In this document: piece by piece, positions 12,108 to 23,909 of the stretch
Numbering within the stretch: position 1 is the first letter of the stretch
Layout: every line of letters begins with the position of its first letter
From: Octopus sinensis
Lineage: Eukaryota
Length of the DNA: 64,000 nucleotides
Reading direction: 5' to 3'
NCBI RefSeq assembly: GCF_006345805.1
Contig: NC_042997.1
Span: 178,002,001 to 178,066,000, forward strand
The notes under the pieces: model-generated
The model's database searches: none
Told to the model about the DNA's origin: nothing
Seen by the model: the letters and a program-made list of their open reading frames with translations, nothing else
Translations under genes and position numbers: made by a program

Positions 12108-12695
12108 ATTATTATTATGATGATGATTATGATGATGATGATGATGATAACAATCTGTAATGATGATGAAGGTGGGAGGGATGAAGAGGAAGGAGAGAAA
12201 AGGAGAAGGGAGAGAAGAGGAGGGAGGGAAGAGAATGAAAATAAGAAAGTGGAGAGAGAAAGAGAGAGAATACTAATAATAATAATAATAATAATAATTA
12301 TAATAATAATAATAATGATAATAATGATGTTTGTTATCAGGATGAGGAAATGAAGGAGAAAGAGGAGGATGAGGTGGAGAAGAAGGAACATGATGAAAAT
12401 GATAATTGAAATCATGATGAGAAAAACTGGGAGAAGGAAGAGGAAACCAGATGATGATGATGATAATGATAATGATGATGACGTGGAGGAAGAGGAGAAT
12501 GAAGATAATGATAACAATGTGTAATGAAGATGAGAGGAAAAAGAAAGAGATGTAGATGATGATCTCAACAAAGATGATAGCAATGACAATGATTGCTACA
12601 TTGACAATGAGGATGAGGATAAAACTGTGATGAAACTGATGAATATGATGCTGATGATGATGATGATGACAAAGATGATAAGTATGATGATGGCT

Positions 12696-12729
<34 letters not shown>

Positions 12730-12890
12730 CGACGACGACGACGATGACGATGACGATGATGATGATGATGATATGATGATGATGATGATGATTGCAATGA
12801 TATTGATGATGACAATGACAGCAAAAGCAACAACGACACCGCTGTTACCAGAAGTAATGATTATGTTGACAACAATTACAACAATGAAAG

Positions 12891-12924
<34 letters not shown>

Positions 12925-13320
12925 GATGATGATGGTGATGATGATGTTGATAAAAATGATGATGATGATGACGACGACGACGATGATGATGGTGATGGTG
13001 ATGATGATGATGATGATGACGTTGATGATGACGATGATGACGACGACGACGATGAAGATGATGATGATGACGATGATGATGTTGATGACGATGAAGATGA
13101 TGATGATGACGATGATGATGTTGATGACGATGATGATGATGATGATGTTGGTGATGATGATGATGATGATGATGACGATGATGATGATGATGATGATGAC
13201 GACGACGATGTTGATGATGATGATGAAGATGATGATGATGATGATGATGACGACGACGATGTTGATGATGACGACGACGATGATGATGATGATGACAACG
13301 ATGAAAGACAGGGATACGGT
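12060..13320. repeat. ~1.3-kb degenerate (GAT/GAC)n trinucleotide tract
   Basis: Direct inspection; source of the poly-M/poly-I/poly-S pseudo-ORFs. Confidence 0.95.
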
Positions 13321-13364
13321 TGATATGAAACTATGATGGAGAACAAGCATACATATAGAAGGAA

Positions 13365-14666
13365 TAACAACTTCCGTCACTTTCCAAGGGGAAAAATTAG
13401 AAGTAGTTGATAGCTTCCGTTACCTAGGTGACCAAGTCAGTAGTGGGGGTGGGTGCGCTGAGAGTGTAACTGCTAGAATAAGAATAGCCTGGGCAAAGTT
13501 TAGGGAGCTCTTACCTCTGCTGGTGACTAAAGGCCTCTCGCTCAGAGTAAAGGGCAGACTGTATGATGCATGTGTACGAACTGCCATGCTACATGGCAGT
13601 GAAACATGGGCCGTGACTGCTGAGGACATGTGTAAGCTCATGAAGAATGAAGCCAGTATGCTCCGATGGATGTGTAATGTCAGTGTACTTACTCGACAGA
13701 GCGTTAGTTCCTTGAGAGAAATGTTGTACCTACGAAGCATCAGTTGTTGTGTGCAAGAGAGACGATTGCGCTGGTATGGTCATGTGGCGAGAATGGATGA
13801 AGATAGGTGTGTGAGAAAGTGCCAATCCCTAGCAGTTGAGGGAATCCGTGGAAGAGGTAGACCCAGGAAAACCTGGGACGAGGTGGTGAAGCACGACCTT
13901 CGAACGTTAGGTCTCACCATGGAAATGACTAGAGACCGAGACCTATGGAAGTACGCTGTGCGTGAGAAGACCCGGCAAGACTAGTGAAGCCATAACCCAT
14001 GGCCCCTACCTGGGACGTAGTCAGTCCACCTGTGCATACCTTCCTGCTTGTGATACTTGTGAAGACCTGTTGAGGCAAGTGAAAGTCAAATCGAATCAAA
14101 TCAAAATAGATGAACATCAATGGAATTTGTATCCTTGTGGTACCAGTGCCGGTGGCACATAAGAAAACCATCCGGACGGGACCGTAGCCAGTACCGCATT
14201 GACTGGCCTCCGTGCTGTGGGCACGTAACAAACACCATCCGATCGTAGCCGTTCGCCAGCCTCGTCTGGCACCTGTGTCGGTGGCACATAAGAAAACACC
14301 GAAAACACCATCCGAGCGTGGCCGTCTGCTAGCCTCGTCTGGCACCTGTGTCGGTGGCACATAAAAAACACCATCCGAGCGTGGCCGTCTGCCAGCCTCG
14401 TCTGGCACCTGTGTCGGTGGCACATAAAAAACACCATCCGAGCGTGACCGTCTGCCAGCCTCGTCTGGCACCTGTGTCGGTGGCACATAAAATCACCGAC
14501 TACACTCTCGGAGTGGTTGGCGTTAGGAAGGGCATCCAGCTGTAGAAACACTGCCAGATCTGACTGGCCTGGTGCAGCCTTCGGGCTTGCCAGACCCCAG
14601 TTGAACCGTCCAACCCATGCTAGCATGGAAAGCGGACGTTAAACGATGATGATGATGATGATGATA
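13365..14666 (+). mobile_element. 5-prime-truncated RTE-clade LINE (RT C-terminus, 3-prime UTR, GAT tail)
   Basis: YLGDQ..., LYDACVRTAMLHGSETW, RRLRWYGHVARM, GRGRPRKTW; UTR with 63-bp tandem units; ends aaacgatgatgat. Confidence 0.93.
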
Positions 14667-14682
14667 TTTAAAGTGTTCTTAC

Positions 14683-14760
14683 TTGGAGTTCTTCAAGCTT
14701 CATATCCAGTGAATGCAATTTGTTTACTATTTCTTCAATATTGTAGATAAATGTTATACC
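14683..14760 (-). CDS. Gene A coding exon 3 (GITFIYNIEEIVNKLHSLDMKLEELQ)
   Basis: Acceptor tatattttattctag, donor gtaagaac, 78 nt, phase 0-0, similar to exons 2 and 4. Confidence 0.8.
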
Positions 14761-14859
14761 CTAGAATAAAATATAAATTATTTTTGTGTTAAAAAAAAAT
14801 TATGAACAACAAAAAATAGCACCAATAACAATAAAAATAACAAAAGCAAATTTTTTTTA

Positions 14860-15540
14860 GGTGCTGGCATGGTTGTGTGGTAAAAGACTTGCTTCTCAAC
14901 CACAAACGCATAGTTCTGGGTTCAGTCCCACCGCATGGCATCTTGTGCAAGAGTCTTCTACTGTAGCCTTGGGCTGACCAAAACCTTGTGGGTGGATTTG
15001 GTAGAAGGAAACTAAAACAAGCTCATTGTGTGTGTGTGTGGGGGGGGGGTATTTGTCCACCACCACCACCACCACTTGACAACTGGTGTTGGTGTGTTTA
15101 TGTCCTCATAACTTAATGGTTTGGCTAAAGAGACTGATGTGGAGGAGCGTGGCTTAGTGGTTAGGGTGTCAGCATCATGATTGTAAGATTGTGGTTTCGA
15201 TTCCTGGACCGGGCAACGTGTTGTGTTCTTGAGCAAAACACTTCATTTCATGTTACTCCAGTCCACTCAGCTGGTAAAAATGAGTAACGCTGCGAAGGAC
15301 TGGCGTCCCATCCAGCTGCGGAATACATACGCCATTGAAACTGAGAAACCGGGCCCATGAATCTGGCTAGGCTTTAAAAGGGCGCATTTATTTTTTTATT
15401 TTTTTAAAGAGACTGATAGAATAAGTATCAAGCTTAAAAAATAAAGGTACTAGGTTTCATTCATTCAACTACAAACACCTTAAGGTGGTGCCCCAGCATG
15501 GCCGCAGTCTAATGACTGAAGCAAGTAGAAAGAAAATAAA
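14860..15540 (+). mobile_element. SINE family 1 interrupted by SINE family 3b (about 15141-15390)
   Basis: Family-1 tail gagactgat|...|agaataag resumes after the insert. Confidence 0.75.
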
Positions 15541-16519
15541 GAATAAAAACTAAGAAAGGAACTTGTATATGGTAGCTCAACTTGCTAGAAATAACAGTCA
15601 AATCTTCAGCAAATGACTTTCTGCTAGTATATAAAAAGGACATATTAGGTGAATGAATGTAATCCTATGTCTGATACATGGCTGCAAAAGCTGGAAAGGA
15701 AGAAAGAATGGGGATGATGAAATGTCATGGAATACTGTCAAGAAATCAGAAATGCTTCACCATCATCATTCATTTTTCATGCTGGCATGAACTGGATGGC
15801 TTGATAGGAAACTGGTAAGGTCAAGGACCATACCAGGTTTCACAGTCTCTTTTGGCTTGATCTCTATGACAGGAGGCCCTTCCTAACATGAACCACTACC
15901 ACAGAGTGCACTGGGTGCTTTAAGTTTGTCATACTCTTTCTGAAGGGAGGGGGTGATAGAAAGCTTCCTAAGGAAGCGAGAAGGCTTGACGGAGGAGCCC
16001 TTAGCTTGGACCGAAGGCAGGAGTTGGCCTTCGCAGGTGACTGTGAAGGTCATATTGGAGGTCAGCATGTCCATGGTGTTGGGCTCCTTTACGAAGGACT
16101 TGTTTAGAGTCGATTTTTGGGACCCCAACTGGGATCTGGAGCAGTACCTAGGGGCAGCTTACAGCCTGGTTGGGGGTGAAGAAGAATAGGCTTAGCGCCA
16201 AAATATGTATATATTTATAATGATTAATATTGTTGTCATTTTAGATGAATTGTAAGAGGTTCATTGCCTCATCTAATATATTGTTAAAGAACAATGTTAT
16301 AGAGAAGCAGAGGGTCAGTGGGCTCTTTCTGTCTTCTCTCATCCTTATCATCCTTGTATCATTACCATTCATTTCATTAATGTCTTGTCCAGCCCGCAAA
16401 GCTACCCAATCTATGTACTGTCTTCATGACAAATTTAATGAAATAAAGTAGCACTAGCACAAGTGCTTTTTATATGGTACCTGCACCCATGCCACTGCTT
16501 TTATGCAGCATCTTGGTTT

Positions 16520-16790
16520 TAGGATCTCAAAGATATTCATTCCTGGTTCTCTCCTTATTTACAGCTCCATCATATCTGACATTCCCATCTTGTCCAAGAT
16601 ACCTATAAATTTCACATAACTGTAGAGGTTTTATCACCAAGCCATTTACTTTTAGGTTTTCAGAGGACACAACTTTTTCATGTTTTATTATCAAAAATGC
16701 ACATTTGGACCCACCAAATTTCATTCTAATGTCTGTAGGAAATTGGGTAATGATGTCCAATTGCTCTCTTATACATTTGATATTTGGCCC
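16520..16790 (-). mobile_element. Second R4/Dong-type RT fragment
   Basis: IRMKFGGSKCAFLII...YRYLGQDG; ~150 bp closely similar to 20790-20935. Confidence 0.7.
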
Positions 16791-17319
16791 ATACAGTTTC
16801 AGTTAACTGACTAAGAAAAGATGAGAGATACTTCTGGATCCATTTCTATGGCCACTATGTTTTTTATATGTATGTATGTGTCTAAGTGTGTGACCATTTT
16901 TCCATGCTAGCAATGCACCACATATCTTAGTCCTTTGTCATCTCCTTCATAAGGTTCAGCATTCTCGGATCAGCCTATGGCTGCTTTTTCTTGCAGATTG
17001 AGAAACCAAGCTCAGTTTCCTTCACTGGTTTGCCCTTCAGCTATGTGAAGTGATTCTCAGATATGCTTGATATATACTTACTGTGATGTCATAGTTTGGC
17101 AATGTTGGTGGGGTTTGTATGGCAAAATGATAATGATTGTGATAATCTTATTCATTGTGGTGACAGCAGTGAGGATAATTATGAAATTACACAAAAAAAA
17201 AATAAAATAAAACTGAGATAAAAGAAGCAAAATCCCCCAAAAAGTAAAAGAAACGGAGATTGAAAGCAATGCTTTTGAGTAAATAACCTAGATGGTACTT
17301 GTTTCACAATGATTTGCAC

Positions 17320-17625
17320 AGAGGAGGGGAAGAGGGAGGAGAAGAAAAGGGAGTAGGAGAGGGAGGGTATGAGAGGGAGGAGAAAGAGAAGGAAGGGAGG
17401 AGATGAGAAAGAGGAGGAGAAGGAGTAGGGAGGAGAAGAGGAGGAAGAGAAGGAGGAGGGGAAGAGAGGAGTAGGAGAGGAAGAGAAGTTGGAGAGGAGG
17501 AGGGGAAGAGAAGGAGGAGGAAAAAGAGAGGAGGAGGAGGATAAGAAGAGACGAGGAGAAGGGAAGTAGGAGGAGCTGAAGAAGGAAGAGAACGCAAGAG
17601 AAAAGGAGGAGAAGACGAAGAAGAA
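17320..17625. repeat. ~300-bp polypurine (GAG/GGA/GAA) tract
   Basis: Almost no pyrimidines on the plus strand. Confidence 0.9.
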
Positions 17626-17779
17626 TTAATTAATTAAATAACATCAATCTTTAATGCTGGCATGGGATTGGACTGTTTGATGGGATCTAATGCCCCAGAG
17701 GACTGCACTGAATCTGCTTTGGCTTGGCTTCTACAGCTGGATGCCCTTCCTAATGCCAACCACTTTACAGAGTGCACTA

Positions 17780-18175
17780 GGTGCATTTTCCATGATGATG
17801 GTGATGATGACAAAAATGACAATCACAATAATAATGATGGTGATGGTGGTGGTGGTGATGATGGCAACTGACTATAATGATGGTAGTGGTGGTGGTGATA
17901 ACTGACTATAATGATGGTGGTGGTGGCGATGGTGAAGATGATGACAACTGGCTATAATGATGGTGGAGGTAGTGGTGGTGGTGGTGATAACTGACTATAA
18001 TGAGGTAGTGGTGGTGGTGATGATGATAATGATGATGATGATAACGAAGGTGAGGTGGTGGTGGTGATGAATGTGATAATGGTGGTGGTGGTGGTGGTGG
18101 TGGTGATGATAATGATGATAATGGTGGTGATGATGGTGGTAGTGATGATGTTGGTGATGGCGATGACAACAACTG
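17780..18175. repeat. GGT/GAT tract with a repeated unit aactgactataatgatggtggtggt
   Basis: The unit recurs about 4 times between 17866 and 18005. Confidence 0.8.
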
Positions 18176-18177
18176 AC

Positions 18178-18460
18178 AACGCTGAGAGTTGCTGAAGCAT
18201 GGAACAAACTGCCGGCATCGGTTGTTAGTTGTTGGAGCACTGCATCCTTCAAAACTTCCATGCTTCCTGAGATTCGCCAACACTACACTTGATTTTCTCC
18301 CCTCCATACACACACAAGCATGTATCTGACTCATACATTGTTCGCTTTCCAGACATTTCTACATTACTGCATGTACTTTATATGCACTTTCTGACAAGTT
18401 GTGGTGCACCGGAGCACTGTATACAATAATTTCATTATTATTATTATTATTATTATTATT
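18178..18460 (+). mobile_element. CR1-clade LINE 3-prime end
   Basis: RVAEAWNKLPASVVSCWSTASFK (CR1 RVxxxWNxLP motif), stop at 18290-18292, short UTR and (ATT)n tail. Confidence 0.75.
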
Positions 18461-18647
18461 TTTTAATAATGACGGTGGTGGTTGTGGTTGTGGTGGTGAT
18501 GAAAATGACTGACAATAATGGTAATGGCAGTAGTGGCAATGATGTTAATAAAAAAAAAAACAAAATAAGGATGACATGAAATAACAGAAGACAACAAAGT
18601 AGTTTAAGAATGAAAAAGAAAAAAAGGAAATAATAGAACATTCTTAC

Positions 18648-18722
18648 TTCAAATTTTTTCAGTCTCATATCCATTAATTCAATTTTATCCAAAATTGCTC
18701 CAATATTTTTCAAGTAATCTGC
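18648..18722 (-). CDS. Gene A coding exon 2 (ADYLKNIGAILDKIELMDMRLKKFE)
   Basis: Acceptor tttcttttacag, donor gtaagaat, 75 nt, phase 0-0, open and in frame with exon 1. Confidence 0.85.
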
Positions 18723-19129
18723 CTGTAAAAGAAATCAAAAAAAAAAATTTTAGTTTTTAAAACTTCATAATTACAGTCATTATTGTTTTACATAATTATT
18801 TTTCCATGGATTGGTGGTTAAGAAGCTTGCTTCCCAACCATGTGGCTTCATGTTCAATCTCAATGTGTTGCATCTTGGGTAAGTGTCATCTACTATAGCC
18901 TCAGTTTGACCAAAGCTTTGTGAACAGATATGGTAGTCAGAAACTGAAAGAAGCCCAAAGTGTGTGTGTGAGTGAGTGTGTGCATGCGTTACTGCATATA
19001 TGTATGTACACATGTGTACATTTATGTATGTGCATGTGTATGTATGTATGTATGTTCATTTTCTCTTTTCAATTTAGCTTAAATTTTGACCAGCCACCTG
19101 TTTGGTGGCAAGGTTGTGAAGGAATGGAT

Positions 19130-20935
19130 CTTTTTGTCCATCATCCTTTAAATCTTAAGGCCTCGCAGATTTTTATAGTCCCAGATATTGCGATCATTTG
19201 TAGTGTATGAATTAAGGATTTGCATTCTCGCATCAAGAACCCAAGTTCAGCCATACTTTGCTCCAGGCAGGCTGGTATGTATCTTGTTACTTCAATGATA
19301 ATGGGTATGAAACTGAATGTGTATCTTGGGTATTGGATTTGCAGACTCCTTATTAATAGTTCATAGATGTCTTCTTTCTCTTGTATTTTTCAAACTACAT
19401 TGGTATCCAGAGGACAACTGATTTCCACAACAGAACATATCCAGCCAGTTGTGCTTTAACTCTGCAGCATTTAATCTGGCCAAATATTCTCCCTGTTCTA
19501 TGTTCAAACTGACCAGATCCAGACTCTCATACCTACTCTGCAGTTTCATTCTAAAAATACACAAACACACCATTGAAATGCTGAAGCTACAAAATAATAC
19601 ATGATTAATTCAAAACAATGCGAATAAACAAGCATTTCATTTAACAAATTAACCTGAATGCTAAAGGGTTAAGTTGGTGGCTGTTTTAATTTTTAAGTTC
19701 CACTAATATTTCTTTGGTGGAGGTGCGTGGCTTAGTGGTTAGGGTGTCAGCATCACGATCGTAAGATTGTGGTTTCGATTCCTGGACCGGGCGACGCGTT
19801 GTGCTCTTGAGCAAAACACTTCATTTCACATTGCTCCAGTCTGCTCAGCTGGCAAAAATGAATAACGCTGCGATGGACTGGCATCCCGTCCAGCTGGGGA
19901 ACTCATATGCCATTGAAACCAGGAAACTGGGCCCATGAGCCTGCTAGGCTTTAAAAGGGCGCATTTATTTATTTTTTAAAATATTCCTTTGACCCATTGG
20001 TCTCGATATAGCCAGTAATAATTTTCTTTTTTGTTATCCTGCCCCAGGCCATTTTGACCATTGCATCATGCCTCATGGGAAGATAATATCTGGAAGACAT
20101 TCTCTCACAGTTGGCAATAATGTGGCTGATGTCTTCATTTGTTGTCTGACAAAGATTTCTGCCGCTTATACTGTAGGTACTTGGTGGGGATCTCTTGTTT
20201 TTGGATTGCATTCAAAGTGAGATGTCATAAATTTGTCAGTACTCAATACCAAGATTTGACATGATCAGACCCTTCTATGGTTTGTGTTTTTCATGCCAAG
20301 TACCCATGTACTATCTTCTTAGTGAACTGGTCCATTTTTTTGTATTTTGTTCTTCTGATTAATAGATTTTATAAATGCTCCTTGAGGAGAGATCTGTATC
20401 AGCTCTTATTTCATGTCTCTCCTTAAGTTCATTAGCTATCTAATTATGTTATTGATTTCATGGTTGCAAAATTGGGCGAGATAGTTACTAGTCTCTTTCC
20501 TCTACTGTAGATATTGCTTCAGTGTCACAATATATTCCCCGTATGACATCAATACAGATTTGAAACTATAATCACTATCCTTGCATGGGAAGTATAGCCT
20601 GTCTCTATATCTATAGATGTTGATGTTTCCTGTGACACTGAACAACTAGCAAGTTTGAACATCTATCTCATTGAGTTCTTGTAGTGACCAATTCAGAAGG
20701 CCAAATGTAGGTGTGAATACAGGCACTGCAAAGGTATTGTGGGCAATATGCTTGTTTTAAGCTGAGAATTCTAATGACCATATTCTCTTCACACTCTTGG
20801 GATATTCATTCCTGGTTCTCTCCTTATTTATAGCTCTGACATTCCCATCCTGTCCAAGATACCTGTAATTTTCACATAACTGTAGAGGTTTTATCACCAA
20901 GTCATTCACTTTTAGGTTTTCGGAGGACACAACCT
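19130..20935 (-). mobile_element. Degraded R4/Dong-type (restriction-like endonuclease) non-LTR retrotransposon
   Basis: RT region (YRYLGQ...NKERTRNEY), CCHC knuckle (CQTTNEDISHIIANC...RHD) and RLE (VEISCPLDTN...KEDIYELL...PIII), in correct order; interrupted by a SINE and a MITE. Confidence 0.7.
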
Positions 20936-21561
20936 TCAGTTCATCTTTGGTGTTACAAGAAGTTTTGTTGGTCTCTCACTCAACTGCACCTCACACATAA
21001 TAATCAAAGGGGTTGCAGTCTGGGGAGTTAGGTGGCCAGATGTTAGTGGTGATGTGGTTGTAGAAATTGTCTGACAGCCACGACTGGGTTCTCCTGCTGG
21101 TGTGGTATGGTGCAGAGTTCTTTTGCCAGACATAGGATCTTCCAGCGGCCACCCTCTTGACCCAGGACAGCACTACCTCTTTCAGGCACTTCATGTAGGC
21201 TTCTGTGTTGAGTCTGAAGCTGTGTGGGAAGATGAATGAAGGCATAATGTCACCATCACTAGTGATCATTCCAAACACCGTGATGTTTGACTGAATGTTT
21301 GATTTTTATCATTCTCGGTACATGTCCTCAGACTGACACTCAAACACTCTGAAATGTTCATATTGGAGCTTCCGGCGCGAATGCCAAGCAGCACAGCATG
21401 CTGTTTTCAAATTTCCGGCAGAGTGAATTGCGTCATGGCACTGTTTTCTCATAGACAGTAACAATGGACCCCACTATATACTGTGTAGTTGACAAAATCA
21501 AAAACAAACAACGCGCATGCTTGAAATTAAAAATATAAAATGGTGACAATTTACCCATTGC

Positions 21562-21568
<7 letters not shown>
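20935..21568 (-). mobile_element. maT/DD37D-type (Tc1/mariner superfamily) transposon relic
   Basis: Fragment VWQKNSAPYHTS...WPPNSPDCNPFDYYV; TIR-like end ggtgacaatttacccattgcaccc|tata at about 21542-21568. Confidence 0.75.
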
Positions 21569-21609
<41 letters not shown>

Positions 21610-21730
21610 CCGAAATTGCGAGGATGATCCGGTCCTTGACTGAAGATTGAAGGCTTCGAATGTCCCATCCATGTTTTTTGTATCGTTTTCTAAATGTTTT
21701 GCGTTCTTGTCCCAGTTTGTATTTTTTTAC

Positions 21731-21816
<86 letters not shown>

Positions 21817-21976
21817 GTGTGTGTGTGTGTGTGTGTGTGTGTTAGGAAGGGCATCCAGCCATAATTACCATGCCAAAACAGGCATGGAAGTTTGGTGCAG
21901 TCTTCTGCCTGGCCAGCTCCTATCAAACCATCCAACCCATGCCAGCATGGAAAGCAGACATTAAACAATGATGATG

Positions 21977-22015
<39 letters not shown>

Positions 22016-23136
22016 ATAATAATAATAATCTAAGGATGGAATTTCATAAATATTTTAACCTTTAGCACATTGCATATTCTCTAGAATTGTTTCCCTTGCC
22101 ATTGCCCTGTTACAGCAGGTGAGAAAACTCATGAGGTGACATAATGCACCTACCATGTGCTAAATGTTAATGCATTGCTACTTGTATTTCCACAGATCAC
22201 ATGTTGTTTGAGATTATATCTGCATCCACAGGATGTCCATGGATATTATGACAAGTTGTTATTCATGCATTCATTTCCTCAGGTGATATGTGCGTGAGAA
22301 GACCCGGCAGGACAAGTGAGACTATAACCCGTGGCCTCTACCTGGGATGTAGCCAGTCCACTTATGCATACCTTTCTTTCTTGGGATACAAAACTCTGCT
22401 TACGAAGACCTGTTAAGGCAAGTAACATCGAAATCAAAATCGACCAAAAATCTATGGAAATTGCAGTTGTGATACAAGTGCCGGTGGGACATAAAAGAAC
22501 CATCTGAACATGGCCGTTGCCAGTGCCGCCTCAACTGCCGGTGGCACATAAAAAGCACTAACTGATTGTGGCCATTGCCAGCCTCGCCTGGCACGTAAAA
22601 AGCACCCACTACACTCACATAGTGGTTGGCATTAGGAAGGGCATCCAGCTGTAGAAACACTGCCAGATCAGACTGGGCCTGGTGCAGCCTCCTGGCTTCC
22701 CAGACCCCAGTTGAACCGCCCAACCCATGCTAGCATGGAAAGCGGATGTTAAACGATGATGATGACGATGATTCACTCCCACTAACTATATCACCTGATG
22801 AAATGAACATACAAATAACGACTTACCATAATATCCATGGATATTACAAGTTATATTGTAATCATCCAATGGATGTGGACATGGTCACAAGCAACATATG
22901 ATTTATGGAAACACTCATAGTGATACATTAAAATATTTATAAAATTCCATCCTTTGATTATTATTATTATTATTATTATTATATTTATCCTACATTATAT
23001 TGGTACAGCTTGCTACTATTCCATATAATTGCTGTTGTAAGTTGGAATTATTTGGTGGTAGTTGGCATAATATCATAGGAGCTTTTCCGTGCATACTCAA
23101 AAGTGTTTCCTGTAAACAAACAAAGGATATATGTAT

Positions 23137-23210
<74 letters not shown>

Positions 23211-23445
23211 TATATATTATATATATATATATATGTGAGTGTTTTTGTGTATGATTGTCCCTCACCACCGCTTGGCAACTAGTGTTAGTTTTTTTTTTTG
23301 CATCACCATAACTTGGCAGCCTGGCAGGTGAGACTGATAGAATTAGTGCCAAGCTTAAGAAAATAAGTACAGGGGTCGATTTGCTTCACTGAGCCCTTCA
23401 AGACTGCACCCCCAGCATAGCTATAGTCCAATGACAGAAAAAAGT

Positions 23446-23878
23446 AAAAAATTTTGGATCTTTTCGGTTTGAACGGCAGTTTTTAACATAATTTCTAGGT
23501 AACTAAAAAATTTTAAACTTCGTATACTGGTAGAATGTGTTTATAAAGCATCTTTTTCTCTTGGCTTTATTGAGGAAATTCTATAGTTTGTAAGATATTG
23601 GTTGTTGTTTTTCTTCAATTTCTGCAATTTCAACCAATCAGTGACGTCTATTTAGTTAAAAAGCATTCTGTGCCGTATGAATATGTCTCTCGTTTAAGAA
23701 ACAGATTGGGCTTATTTACATTTGTGAAGAAAAAAAGATACCCTTCCCCCACCCCTAACCCTAAAAGAGATTGAAATGCAATAGATCGATTCTAGGGTCA
23801 TAATTATGGGTGACAATTTCATATGACACCACTAGAAAAAACTGCCATTCAAACCAAAAAGATACAAATTTTTTTTTT
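23446..23878. mobile_element. MITE with ~35-bp TIRs in gene A intron 1
   Basis: ggatcttttcggtttgaacggcagttttt versus the reverse complement of aaaaactgccattcaaaccaaaaaagatac. Confidence 0.7.
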
Positions 23879-23909
23879 TAAACCACACAAAAGTCCCCTT
23901 CATATATAC

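Noticed and set aside
11022-13380. Long ORFs (139-228 aa) rich in P/S/H/T/I/M
   Set aside because: They are translations of GGT/GAT trinucleotide tracts in all frames, with no splice or codon evidence.
14150-14490. Regularly spaced repeats resembling a CRISPR array
   Set aside because: They are whole-unit tandem repeats without unique spacers in an RTE 3-prime UTR, in a eukaryotic context.
22837-22854. Perfect 18-bp palindrome taatatccatggatatta, vaguely X-box-like
   Set aside because: It is short, AT-rich and intronic, with a poor match to the RFX consensus.
23832-23909. C-terminal extension of the 276-aa ORF (VYMKGTFVWF...)
   Set aside because: It lies past a good GT donor and overlaps a MITE TIR, so it is intronic.
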